This document shows, piece by piece, positions 13,688 to 24,790 of a stretch of 64,000 nt of DNA. The DNA is taken from positions 380,370,001 to 380,434,000 of the forward strand of contig OZ024740.1 in assembly GCA_964016885.1 (NCBI GenBank), given 5' to 3'. The DNA comes from Eledone cirrhosa (Eukaryota). Both the position numbers and the translations under genes were made by a program. How positions within the stretch are numbered: the first letter of the stretch is position 1; each line of letters begins with the position of its first letter. The notes beneath the pieces were generated by a model that was not told the DNA's origin, searched no databases, and worked only from the letters and a program-made list of their open reading frames with translations.

Positions 13688-13799
13688 TGCTCTGAGGAAA
13701 CAGTGGTCACAGCATTGGATATTCGAGTTCTACAAGTACTTGTGAATTTGCACGTAGCATAACTAGGCTGTAGTACCACCGTGGAAACACCTGTAAGCA
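13688..13799 (+). ncRNA. Hammerhead ribozyme with long helix II, family C
   Basis: tgct(13688)-CTGAGGA-acagtggt..acagc...gctgt..accaccgt-GAAA(13784)-cacctg-TA-agca. Confidence 0.75.
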
Positions 13800-13910
13800 C
13801 ACGGAATAAATTACCTTTTTATGATGTCTACCTGTTATTATTCATTCTTTATATATATATATATATATTGTATGTATATAAGTATGTAAGTAAGTATATA
13901 TGTATATTAT

Positions 13911-14062
13911 TGGATGGCTATTGACCTCTCTTGGCAGGTTTGTTTTTGATCCCGCAGGGTGTACAAAATCCCCCTCCTTACCGGTTTAGTCGCCGACGAC
14001 CCTACCATGCACAGGTTTTACTGGGTTACATGTTACCAGTAGCGCTGAAGAGTGACCTGACA
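13911..14062 (-). mobile_element. 5' part of a non-autonomous RTE-derived element, diverged
   Basis: Similar to the reverse complement of 47591-47780 (caggtcac..tactggtaacatgtaacccagta..ggtcgtcggcgactaaac). Confidence 0.7.
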
Positions 14063-14219
14063 TGTTATTTGATTTATTTATTTATTTTGTGGAGCGAGAA
14101 ACTCCTAGTTTTCATTAAAAGGTCACTCTGATATAAAATCAAATATAAAAACATTTAGTGATGTAGACGTTTTCTTTTTTGGGGGGCAAATGCATTCAAT
14201 GTTCAGAGAATGTAATTGA

Positions 14220-14412
14220 CCCCCTGCAAACCCTTTTTTCACATAAAAAGCTTCTAACACAGGCATTCTTTGATATGTGACATTTGTTGTGATGCATGGT
14301 ATTGTTGGCCATAGGCAAGTCCCTAGCAGGACTAAAAAGCCACGTCTATGATGCTCATGCTTAAATATCAAGCGATGACATTACTCTAAATCGAGTTGGA
14401 GCCATCATGTAT
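14220..14412 (+). mobile_element. 3' part of an RTE-derived element, third variant
   Basis: aaaaagcttc..acaggcatt motif and the tail ctctaaatcgagttggagccatcatgtatg. A similar copy is at ~33462-33650. Confidence 0.55.
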
Positions 14413-14562
14413 GTGTATATGTATATTGTTGATGGCAGTTACGAGACATACACAAAAAGAACCGATTCTTCAACGTCCGTTGTAAGCTTACATACAGAAG
14501 CAAAAAACACATACATACATACATACATACATACATACATACATACATACATACATACATAC

Positions 14563-15140
14563 ATGATGATGGCTGCCCCCTCGTTATCGAGTATGGCTAT
14601 TGCACGATATACTATTATTAGTAATTATTAATTAATTCCATCGTGCAATGCCTGTGCGCAAAGATTTTTTAAGTGAAGAAAGATTGTGCACTGAGCCAAT
14701 CCCACTCTCTGAGCGACAGTAGCTATAACCCGAAAAGTAGAAAAAATCAACATCATCGGTAACAACTGGCCCGCAGGTTTTATGTCAGAGTTATCCCAGT
14801 TTCCTGAGTTGCCTTCTCCTAGAAGAATGCCCTGACAAACGCTAGGGGCGCTTCACTCCCAGTGGTTTAACCGCGCGATCGGGTATCCAGCCCGACTATT
14901 TCTATGCCTCCGCGCATATACATACACATACATATTTACACATTTTTGGATGGCCGTTGACTCTTATGAGTTCTTCAGCTCTTTCTCAGGTTTTGTTTTT
15001 TTGTCCTGCTGGGTGTCCAAAATCACCATCCTCGCCAAGTAAACTTGGTGGGGTTGCCGGTTTATTCGCCGACGACTCGACCATGCGACAGGTTGTACTG
15101 GGTTACATGTTACCAGTAGCACTCAAGAGTGATCCGATAT
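14563..15140 (-). mobile_element. Non-autonomous RTE-derived element, subfamily 2
   Basis: Structured 5' leader, RTE 5' UTR motif ctaggagaaggcaactc, and 3' stem-loop ctcgataacgag followed by (TATG)n. Confidence 0.75.
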
Positions 15141-15155
15141 AACATACATACATAC

Positions 15156-15751
15156 ATGATGGCTGCCCCTTCGTTATCGAGTATGACCATTGCACGATAT
15201 ACCATTATTAATAATTATTAATTAATTCCATCGTGCAATGCCTGTGTGTGAAGATATTTTTTAAAGTGAGGAAAGACTGTGCACTGAGCCAATCCCACTC
15301 TCTGAGCGACAGTAGCTATAACCTGAAAAGAAGAAAAGATCAACATCATCGGTAACTACTGAGCCGCAGGTTTTATATCGGAGTTATCCTAGTTTCATGA
15401 GTTGCCTTCTCCTAGAAGAATGCCCTGACAAAAGCTAGGGGTCCTTCACTCCCAGTGGTTTAACCGCACGATCGGGTATCCAGCCCGACTATTTCTATGT
15501 CCCCGCGCATATACACACACATGCACCTATGTATATACACATATACATACATATTTACACACTTTTGGATGGCCGTTGAATCTTATGAGTTCTTCCTCCC
15601 TTTGTCAGGTTTTGATTTTTGTCCTGCAGGGTGTCCAAAATCACCCTCCTCGCCAAGTAAACACGGGTCACTCTTGAGTGCTACTGGTAACATGTAACCC
15701 AGTACAACCTGTCACATGGTCGGGTCGTCGGCGACTAAACTGGCAACCCCA
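15156..15751 (-). mobile_element. Non-autonomous RTE-derived element, subfamily 2, with inverted 5' end
   Basis: Tandem copy of 14563-15140. Its first ~88 nt (15663-15751) are on the opposite strand. Confidence 0.75.
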
Positions 15752-15811
15752 CATACATACATACATACATACATACATACATACATACATACATACATAC
15801 ATACATACATA

Positions 15812-16213
15812 CATGGTGGCTGCCAACTCGTTTTCGAGAACGGCCACTACTTTATATCCATGTAGGAGAACCCCTACCGATGCGCTGAACGTGTGTGACT
15901 TTTTAGTCCAGCCAGCGACTTGAAAACTCTGGTACAAACACTACACTTGTGACAATTATTGACACACTGTACCATGTAACGACACGTGCAGAGAGATCTC
16001 CAGATATAAAGCAATGCCTGTGCCGTGAAGCTTTTATAGTGAGCAAGGGCACTGCACAAAGCCAGTCCCACTCTCTTAACCAAGATGATATTTACCAAAA
16101 AGAAGAACAAGTCAACATCATTGGATACCATCAGAGTTGCAGGTGTTATATCAGAGTTTTCCTTCTCCTAGAATTCTGCCTTGACAAAGGCTAAGGGGTC
16201 ATCTCGCGCGAGG
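15812..16213 (-). mobile_element. Non-autonomous RTE-derived element, subfamily 1, 5'-truncated
   Basis: Encodes an RTE C-terminal remnant CSVCTRVFKSLAGLKSH; tail ctcgaaaacgagttggcagccacc then (ATGT)n. Confidence 0.8.
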
Positions 16214-16264
16214 ACATACATACATACATACATACATACATACATACATACATACATACATACA

Positions 16265-16297
<33 letters not shown>

Positions 16298-16661
16298 GTT
16301 GGCATGATGAAGCGTGGGGAGAGTAAATAGATAAAATTATTGAATATCAGCACATATATAAGTAACATATTGTATGTAGACTACAGAGATTGAGAAACAG
16401 AGAGAGGGTGGGTGTATTTTCCTATTTTCCCAGGATGTAAACGTGTAAAGGTCTGAAAACTATTATATGGGTGCGACAGTTTTTGCTTCGACGAGAAAAA
16501 AAAGTGATTGTTCTACGATATAACAATACAATTCGAATAACCAGAAAAATCATTTATTTGAATTATCTCCCTTGCATTATTTCAAGGGGCAATACTTAAG
16601 CTCATTTATTTGTTTGGTTAAGTTTCAGCTATTCTACCACTTCAAATGATTGGTTATGCAG

Positions 16662-16845
16662 TGAATTGGCAGTATCTGTAGAGCGTCAGACACCTTGCTT
16701 CGCTGCATAGAGTTACGGACCTTTACGGTCTGAGTTCAAATCCCGCCGAGGTAAACTTTGCCTTTAATCCTTACGGGCTCGATAAAATAAAGTACCAGTA
16801 ATGTACTGCGATAATTGGTGGACTTGTGCCAAATGTGGAAACTAT
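16662..16845 (+). mobile_element. tRNA-derived Deu/Nin-core SINE
   Basis: Same A/B boxes, core and tail as 12959-13143. Confidence 0.85.
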
Positions 16846-16938
16846 TAATACCAAAAGAAAAATAGATACGTTTTCCTGAGGAATTTACTTTCTAAGTACA
16901 GTAGGACAGTTTCAGAGTCAACTATATTCACAAATCTG

Positions 16939-16970
<32 letters not shown>

Positions 16971-17101
16971 GTGAGGTTTTTTTTACAAAATGAAAAATAA
17001 CCGAGGTGTCCTACACGAGTGGAAGTATAAAGAAAAAGAGATGAAATCGAAAATGCAACTGAAGTCTTATTTTTTTTTTAAATATATATATTTATTTGGT
17101 T

Positions 17102-17139
17102 CCTTTACCGGTTTCGCAGTTCTTCTGCTTTTCAAAAGG
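17102..17139 (-). ncRNA. Minimal hammerhead, U3-A8 core variant, family D
   Basis: ccuu-UUGAAAA-gcag-aagaa-cugc-GAAA-ccgg-UA-aagg. Confidence 0.75.
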
Positions 17140-17175
17140 TGAGTTGAGATGGAGGGTCTGTGGTTTTTCTCACAT

Positions 17176-17211
17176 CTTTTGAAAAGCAGAAGAACTGCGA
17201 AACCGGTAAAG
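17176..17211 (+). ncRNA. Minimal hammerhead, U3-A8 core variant, family D
   Basis: cuu-UUGAAAA-gcag-aagaa-cugc-GAAA-ccgg-UA-aag. Confidence 0.7.
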
Positions 17212-17281
17212 GAACCAAATAAATATATATATTTTAAAAAAAAATAAGACTTCAGTTGCATTTTCGATTTCATCTCTTTTT

Positions 17282-17312
<31 letters not shown>

Positions 17313-17365
17313 CGGATCCTCAGCTCGGAATGGGCTTGGTTATAGACACTATAACCATGCCCGTT

Positions 17366-17405
17366 CCGAACTGAGGATCCGCTAAGGTGAAACATTTGTT
17401 CTCGG
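17366..17405 (+). ncRNA. Minimal hammerhead, family E
   Basis: ccgaa-CUGAGGA-ucc-gcuaa-ggu-GAAA-ca-uu-ug-UU-cucgg. The fold-back copy at 17313-17345 keeps ccgag, which would restore helix I. The element spans 17313-17503 between (TA)n tracts. Confidence 0.7.
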
Positions 17406-17502
17406 TATGGTGAACTAACTGTTGTGTAACCACTTCTACCTAACTCGTCCAATGGACTGAGTGCTCTACCACTACGGATATTAACTTCCACTGTTTCACC
17501 AC

Positions 17503-17569
<67 letters not shown>

Positions 17570-17683
17570 TGAGAGAGAGAGGGGGTATAGAAAATGTTTC
17601 TACAGAACTAGAACTGTCGTCAATCTACACATATATTGAGTACCTTATTTACTAATGTTACCCCCAACTCAACTCGGGATCAA

Positions 17684-17721
17684 CACACACACACACAGAC
17701 ACACACACACTCACACACGCA

Positions 17722-17810
<89 letters not shown>

Positions 17811-18049
17811 ATATATATATATATTTGTATGTGTATATATATATGTATGTATGTGTATATATATATATATGTATGTGTATATATATATATGTATGTATGT
17901 GTATATATATATATGTATGTGTATATATATATATATGTATGTGTATATATATATATATGTATGTATGTGTATATATATATATATGTATGTATGTATATAT
18001 GTATGTGTATATATATATATATGTATGTATATATATATGTATATATATA
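17684..18049. repeat. Compound (CA)n/(TA)n/(TATG)n microsatellite
   Basis: Read directly from the sequence. Confidence 0.95.
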
Positions 18050-18346
18050 CAGGCGTGTCAGTTATTTAATCTCACACATGAACTGTTATACTCAAGGTGG
18101 AAAAATATTATACATCTCAGTATCATAACAAATGTCCAGCCTAGTTAGATCATCCATAATGATATAATGTACATGGATACGATTATGTTACGTCTGTTTC
18201 TTTGCTGGAGGTATTATTGATGTGTGTCAAGTGAATTGGATTCAAAAGGGAATCGATACCATCTTTCTGTCTCACCACCGCACAAACTTAATCTAACTTT
18301 ATAGCTCTTTGTAGCCGTTTGGGAAATACTTTTTTTTTCTTAAACC

Positions 18347-18703
18347 GCGGTGGATTGGCAGTATCAGTAGAGAGTCGGACGACATGCTTTGACGCATAGA
18401 GTTACGGCCCTTGCCATTCTGAGTTCAAATGCCGCCGAGGTTAACTTTGCCTTTCATCCTTACGGGTTCGATAAAATAAAGTACCAGTAATGCACTGGGT
18501 AATTGCTGGCCTTGTGCCAAAAGTAAAAACAATTATTAAACCTCTGGGACATGCTTTCCATTATAGTTACGTCCCTTTACGGTCTGAGTTCAAATCCCGC
18601 CGAGGTTAACTTTGCCTTTCATCCTTACGGGGTCGATAAAATAAAGTACCAGTAATGTACTGGGTAATTTGCTGGCCTTGTGCCAAAAGTAGAAACAATT
18701 ATT
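18347..18703 (+). mobile_element. Two tandem Deu/Nin-core SINEs, the second 5'-truncated
   Basis: Full copy at 18347-18537 and truncated copy at 18551-18703. aattattaaacctctgggac occurs at both 18531 and 18697. Confidence 0.88.
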
Positions 18704-18879
18704 AAACCTCTGGGACTGATACCTAATCCCTGGATCAATAAAGAGAGGATATATATGTGTATTTAAATGTACTTACTAAACATAAATATTGATTTCTGTT
18801 GCATATATACTAATGCAGCTTTTGAATCTACATCCGTAGTTTTATTGGTATTTCTCTTAGCGCAGAATTATTAAAGTTG

Positions 18880-18913
<34 letters not shown>

Positions 18914-18916
<3 letters not shown>

Positions 18917-19114
18917 TTAATATAAGGGTTCTACAGGACTAGAACAGTTTCAATCGGGAGAAATCATCGGGAAGCCTGATGATTTCTCCTGATGATTTCT
19001 ACCGAATGAAACAGTTTTAGTCCTGTAGAAGCCTTTCTATATTAAATATTTATACTCTGCTTTGTATTGAGTACCTTACTTACTGTGGTTACTCCCGATT
19101 GAACTCGGGATAAA

Positions 19115-19117
<3 letters not shown>
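18914..19117 (+). mobile_element. PLE terminal fragment, family A, with inverted hammerhead pair
   Basis: Plus-strand HHR at 18987-19029 (CTGATGA..GAAAcag..ctgTAga). The minus copy at ~18928-18975 has a mutated core (CCGATGA). The tail matches the reverse complement of 10365-10445. Confidence 0.8.
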
Positions 19118-19158
<41 letters not shown>

Positions 19159-19161
19159 TAC

Positions 19162-19791
19162 ATACAAATATATTACACAGAGAGAAGTGTATTACACAGT
19201 GAGATGTGTGTAAAGAATTATTACATGTGAGTTTAACCGTTACTGTATGGAAAACAACACCTACAGGTTAGCAATTAAATAGAAAGAACGCTAAGTCAGA
19301 ATCAAATCTCCGAAGTAGAGTTTTAAATTACCAACCTTATAACTATAAGCTTGCTGATACGAATCTATTTCGTTCGCCACTGAAATGTGTAGTGTAAAAG
19401 TCCACAGGTTCCTCAGTCAGCAAGTGTGGAATTGTTCGCTACACATCTAGCCTAATGGAAAGAGAGAACGCAAATATACACGCTGCCCAGAGCAGGGCGA
19501 AAACACATGCTATTTGCATCAAATAACGGCTCTCATGAATTAGGGAAAATGCTAGAGAGGGCAGCCCAACCCTTCAAATTTATTAGCTCAACAATTTGGA
19601 GCTCGTTAATTATACAAGGATCGGAATTAGAGAATTCCGCAGTTCACAGTAATAATAATATTAGCTCAAAGAAGAACAGAGAATTTTCAACTGAGCTCAA
19701 ATACAAATATATTACACAGAGAGAAGTGTGTTACACAGTGAGATGTGTGTAAAGAATTATTAAATGTGAGTTTAACCGTTACTGTATGGAA
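19162..19791. repeat. ~630-bp unit bounded by ~90-bp direct repeats, between (TA)n tracts
   Basis: atacaaatatattacacagagagaagtg...ccgttactgtatggaa at 19162-19252 and 19702-19791. Confidence 0.8.
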
Positions 19792-19814
19792 GTATATATT
19801 TATATATATATATA

Positions 19815-20008
19815 TAATAATTGTTTGTACTATTGGCACAATGCCAGCAATTATCCCAGTACATTACTGGTACTTTATTTTATCGACCCCGGAAGGATGA
19901 AAGGCAAAGTTAACCTCGGCGGGATTTGAACTCAGAATGGCAAGGGGCGTAACTCTATGCGTCAAAGCATGGCGTCCGACCCTCTACCGATACTGCCAAT
20001 CCACCGCC
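19815..20008 (-). mobile_element. tRNA-derived Deu/Nin-core SINE
   Basis: Full-length reverse-complement copy. Confidence 0.88.
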
Positions 20009-20581
20009 CTTACTGCCAATAATAATGATACTATTTATAGTTATGTATATATTATAGACAGGAAAGGTCAGTAATTTACTACTATCTTATTACCAGTAAG
20101 AGAAATAGCTCAATGTAAGAACATCAGGTGTTTTACAGAGCAGGAATACATTATTTATTTATTTATCTATATATGCCTAATACCTTTGCTTGTTTCCTTC
20201 TCATATATATGACTAACGCATGTGCACTTTCTACAGGCTTGCATATGTACTGCTAATGTACTCATTCTTTCTCAATGCCTCTTTAATTATTAGACTATTC
20301 TCTTGTATTATCTGTCGCATGTATTCCACTCTGTGCTTTTAATTTAAATTTGAATTTTTGTACAATTCTCGTATAATATATGTCGCATCCATTACACCCT
20401 GTAAATTCGAAACTGTTGTTCACAACATCAATCAATATATATGTATCTCTATGATTGTTCAGTTGAATAAGAGGTTAATTATATGTACAAACATTGATAA
20501 TGCTCCGATGATTCCAAACGAAAGTTTGGAAGAAACGATTGTCAGCAATTAAATGATTTGAACATAACTTTGATAATTGTG

Positions 20582-20650
<69 letters not shown>

Positions 20651-20819
20651 TATATATATATATAAATCAGTATATAGAGAGAATTACACAAAGAGGTATG
20701 TGTTTAATCATACATCTTTGGGAAGATGAAAACCAACGCCATCCCCGCTCGGTCTTCAATGTAGAACGTTAAAAGAGAATAGCTATTAATTTTAATACAA
20801 TTTATCTGACTTTCTACAA

Positions 20820-21125
20820 CTTCTGAGTTCAAATCCCGCCGAAGTCAACTTTGCCTTTCCTCCTTTCGTGGTCGATAAAATAAATCAAGTGCTTCATCAA
20901 TTTTAAAAGCATTCCCTCTCCTCCAAATTACTGGCTAAATTATAAACCATTTTGCTACGGATCTTTATCCTCTGAGTTCAAAACCTATCAAAGTCAAATG
21001 TGCTTTTCATCTCTCCATGGTCGATAAAATAAAATACCAATATAAGTATTGGCGTCTATATAATCGACTTTCCTCAGCCCACCAAAATATTTTCTGCTCT
21101 TGTGCCAAAATTAAAAATCATTATT
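20820..21125 (+). mobile_element. Two degenerate Deu/Nin-core SINE fragments
   Basis: ctgagttcaaa...gtcgataaaataaa occurs twice. Confidence 0.7.
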
Positions 21126-21591
21126 AATGCTATTTTTAACTGTATGTTATAGTGACATAAAATAGTTTTAAAAAAAGAATAACTTTCTCGATATCCGCAT
21201 CTAAGTTTGTTCACTATTATTTTACTTGTTTAATTTTCTGACCACAAACCCTAAATCAATACGTTACTAGTGTATTTCTAGTTATACATGCCTGATCAGC
21301 TTCACAGGTTAACGAAATGGTAAAAAGTAAAATAGTGTTTTTCTTCAATGATCTGTTAGATTAATACGTGGGTGTCGGAACAAGTATTTAAACAGTCCAG
21401 ATTGTAGATGTATATTTTTTCTTTCCTGCAACCTCTACATGAGAGGCGGGGCTGATGTCTATCTACAAAATACTCATACACAGTGTCGCTGAAAGGTGTG
21501 AATATATTACAACTCCCGATATGTCTTTAGACTACAGAACATGGATTAATGAACTGATTCTTTTTTCGATAAGGGATAACGTGGAGCAGCA

Positions 21592-21810
21592 TAATGATTT
21601 CTAATCTGGGCAAAAGATCAACAATTCGTAGAGATGGAGGATGTCGACTATATCGACCTCCGTATTTAACTGGTACTTTATTTTATCGAATTCAGAAGAC
21701 TGTAAGGCAAAGTTAACATCAGTGGGATTTGAACTCATAACCTAGAAAGTCGTAAATAATTACCACTAAGCATTTTGTCCTTCGCTCTACTGATACTGCC
21801 AATCCACCAC
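21592..21810 (-). mobile_element. Diverged Deu/Nin-core SINE
   Basis: Reverse complement of the head (ggtggattggcagtatcagtagag), B-box and core. Confidence 0.7.
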
Positions 21811-23257
21811 TATGGTTAACATAATAAAAACAACACCTTATTTGTTGTTTCAGTTTCAAGTCTAATGCTGAACCATAATGACTACCGGGAGACCACGTGT
21901 AGTGATGTGCGCGAATAATTAACAACTCACTCCCATATAATGGATACATGTAACCAGCTTACAAATGTAATAACAAGAATATTTTATTGTTAATCTCAGT
22001 TTTATTCATTTGCAAAGCTGAGCACGAAATGCTACCTTGGGTAGAGAGATATGGGATTCATCAAGCTGATTAGATCCATAATTGGACTACTTATATCACT
22101 AGCATCAAATTCGCCTCCCACCTCTGTCATAATCATCATAACCAGAAACCCCCTCAGAACCGCCATCCGTCTCAACCGTCCACAACTTCCAGGACTACTA
22201 CTATCACTATTACTACTGACACCAATACTATTAGCACTCCAAATACCCATAACAACAACATAAACATAAACATCACCATTAACGCCACCACCAAAATCAT
22301 TACCAAAACCAGCAACATCACCATCAACAAGAACAGCCACAACACCACCACAAGACATACGAGTCAACGATCAACCAAATCTCCCTCAAATCATAACCTC
22401 CCACCATGAAAAATGTCGTTAGACAATGCAATTCAAGATGAATTATGCTTGAAATATGATGGGCTGGTTATGACAGAAGAAAAAGATAACTAACATCACG
22501 ATTCTGTTGCTTAGCCAAACATCATCTGATTTTCTGATATAGTGCATCAAAGACGGATATCTAGCATGTTTTTCCCTTTTTACGATGGTAAAATGGAATT
22601 TGCGTGGGATTTGTATATTTGTGTGTAATTTTAATGAGGTCGGACAACCATGTAGAATCTCCTTCATTGAATTGAAACTAACTTTATCCAAATTACTGTC
22701 TCTTATTTCCTAGAATTGGTATATAGTTGATTAAGCACAAAGTTTCTATATTTCATAGCATCAAACTGGATATCAGATGTCCTTCAGGTGTTTCAAATGC
22801 CATGACTGCTGTTAGAATAGTGAATTTTAATAAGCTTTTGGCTTTTATAGAACACGAGAGCAATGTTCAATTTCAAATTCTATAGATCGTCTCAATAAGC
22901 CTGCTATAAATAGTAGGCTAACAACAAAAGGTAGCTAAATAACGATAGCTCTATCATTTGTAGATATAAACTACCAATATGAAAGATTCTGTATATACAA
23001 AAGATTATATATATTCTTTGTTATGGCTAAGATATATTTCAAATCCTTATACATATATATATGTACAGACCCATCCTCATACACAGACATACATATATAT
23101 ATATATATTGTCGTTGTACGTCAATACTCATCTTTTTCCATTTATCTGAGGGTTCTAACCCCATTATCAGGCTAAAATTCCTTTAGTCAAAAATACGGTG
23201 AAAGCTATTCTATTTTCTAATTTCAAACCTGCTCACTGTTTTCAAAACATACTTACT

Positions 23258-23336
<79 letters not shown>

Positions 23337-23339
<3 letters not shown>

Positions 23340-23531
23340 CGAAGGAAATGTGGTAAGGAACCAAGTGGACCATAACGCACCAAAGTAGTCAATACTTAGG
23401 GTAGTAGAGTGGGTAATAGGAACGAGTAGGACCCCAACGGCTGAGCTCAAGCCGTTTCGACGGCTAATTTTAGTCCAGAATTAGTCGTCGAAACGGCTTC
23501 AGCTCAGCCGTCGGGGTCCTACTCGTTCCTA
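23337..23531 (-). mobile_element. PLE terminal fragment, family B, with fold-back half-hammerheads
   Basis: Reverse complement of the 10992-11131 unit plus an inverted copy at 23471-23531. The turn-around is at gacggctaatt-ttagtccag-aattagtcgtc. Confidence 0.75.
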
Positions 23532-23567
23532 TATATATATATATATATATATATATGAGGGGGTGAA

Positions 23568-23633
<66 letters not shown>

Positions 23634-23761
23634 TAATGTCTGCGGTACCAAGAGCGGCGAGACCACAAATCAGGAGAGTATTCTCTGCATGGGAACAAGC
23701 AGAGTGTGTATAGAGGAAGGTAAGACAACCAACCTTGATCGGTATTTTAACTTCCTCCCTC

Positions 23762-23824
<63 letters not shown>

Positions 23825-23873
23825 TATATATATATAGAAGGATTTAAATGGATACAGTTCAGTTAAAAGGAAT

Positions 23874-24198
23874 TTATTGACACGTGTTTCAATAACAGTT
23901 ACATAACCTGAAAACAGCTGCTATCTACAAAGTATTAATTATGCAGACACTGGTGGTGGATTGGCAGTATCGGTAGAGGGTCGGACGCCATGCTTTGACG
24001 CATAGAGTTACGGCCCTTATCATTCTGAGTTCAAATCCCGCCGAGGTTAACTTTGCCTTTCATCCTTACGGGGTCGATAAAATAAAGTACCAGTAATGTA
24101 CTGGATAATTGCTGGCCTTGTGCCAAAAGTAGAAACAATTAATTATGCAGACACTCAATATTTCAATGTTATTATCAACTGTCATTTCATCAGAATAA
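23874..24198 (-). ncRNA. Hammerhead, family F, with a SINE inserted in helix II
   Basis: uuauu-CUGAUGA-aaugacaguu...[SINE]...aacuguuauu-GAAA-cacgug-UC-aauaa. Confidence 0.75.
23952..24140 (+). mobile_element. Full-length Deu/Nin-core SINE with target-site duplication
   Basis: TSD aattatgcagacact at 23937-23951 and 24141-24155. Confidence 0.92.
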
Positions 24199-24721
24199 TT
24201 TTATTGAGAACCTGTTTGGTTTTTATAGAGAATATTAAGAGGGAGGGGTGAAGTTTTTAGAAGAATAGTTAAGGGAGTGGATAGAGATTTTTTTGATAGC
24301 AGTGAGAATTTTTGGTAGCAGTGAGTAATTAGATTCCCATCTGTTGTTTTGACATTTTTATAGAATACATTATTTGGTGTTGGTTATTTTTCTAAATCTA
24401 TAGAAGGATTAGAGATAGTAAAGATATGCATGGTTGGTTTTGTGTTTGCACTTAATTAACATACAGACTTAAATTTTTCTTTCAAGTGTACGTATCCGTT
24501 CGCCCACACATTCATACACAAACATATATGCACACCTCTACAAAATACATACACTCACATACACATACTTACATGCTCATACTTACATACATATATACCT
24601 GCACATATATATATATACATATATATACATATATATATGTACATACATACGCATTCATGTATATACATTTTCATATACACACGTATAGGCGCGCACATAT
24701 ATACATACATACTCCTGCCTA

Positions 24722-24790
<69 letters not shown>

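Larger units (their letters stand above)
11157..13855. mobile_element. Penelope-like element (Naiad-like), 5'-truncated, forming a large inverted repeat
   Basis: Arms 11296-12412 (-) and 12554-13855 (+) are nearly identical. Each has a GIY-YIG domain, a 3' UTR and an HHR. Both outer ends abut (TA)n. Confidence 0.9.
17027..17287. mobile_element. PLE terminal fragment, family D, as an inverted pair
   Basis: 17027-17138 is the reverse complement of 17176-17287; ends in (TA)n. Homologous to 26555-26665. Confidence 0.8.
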
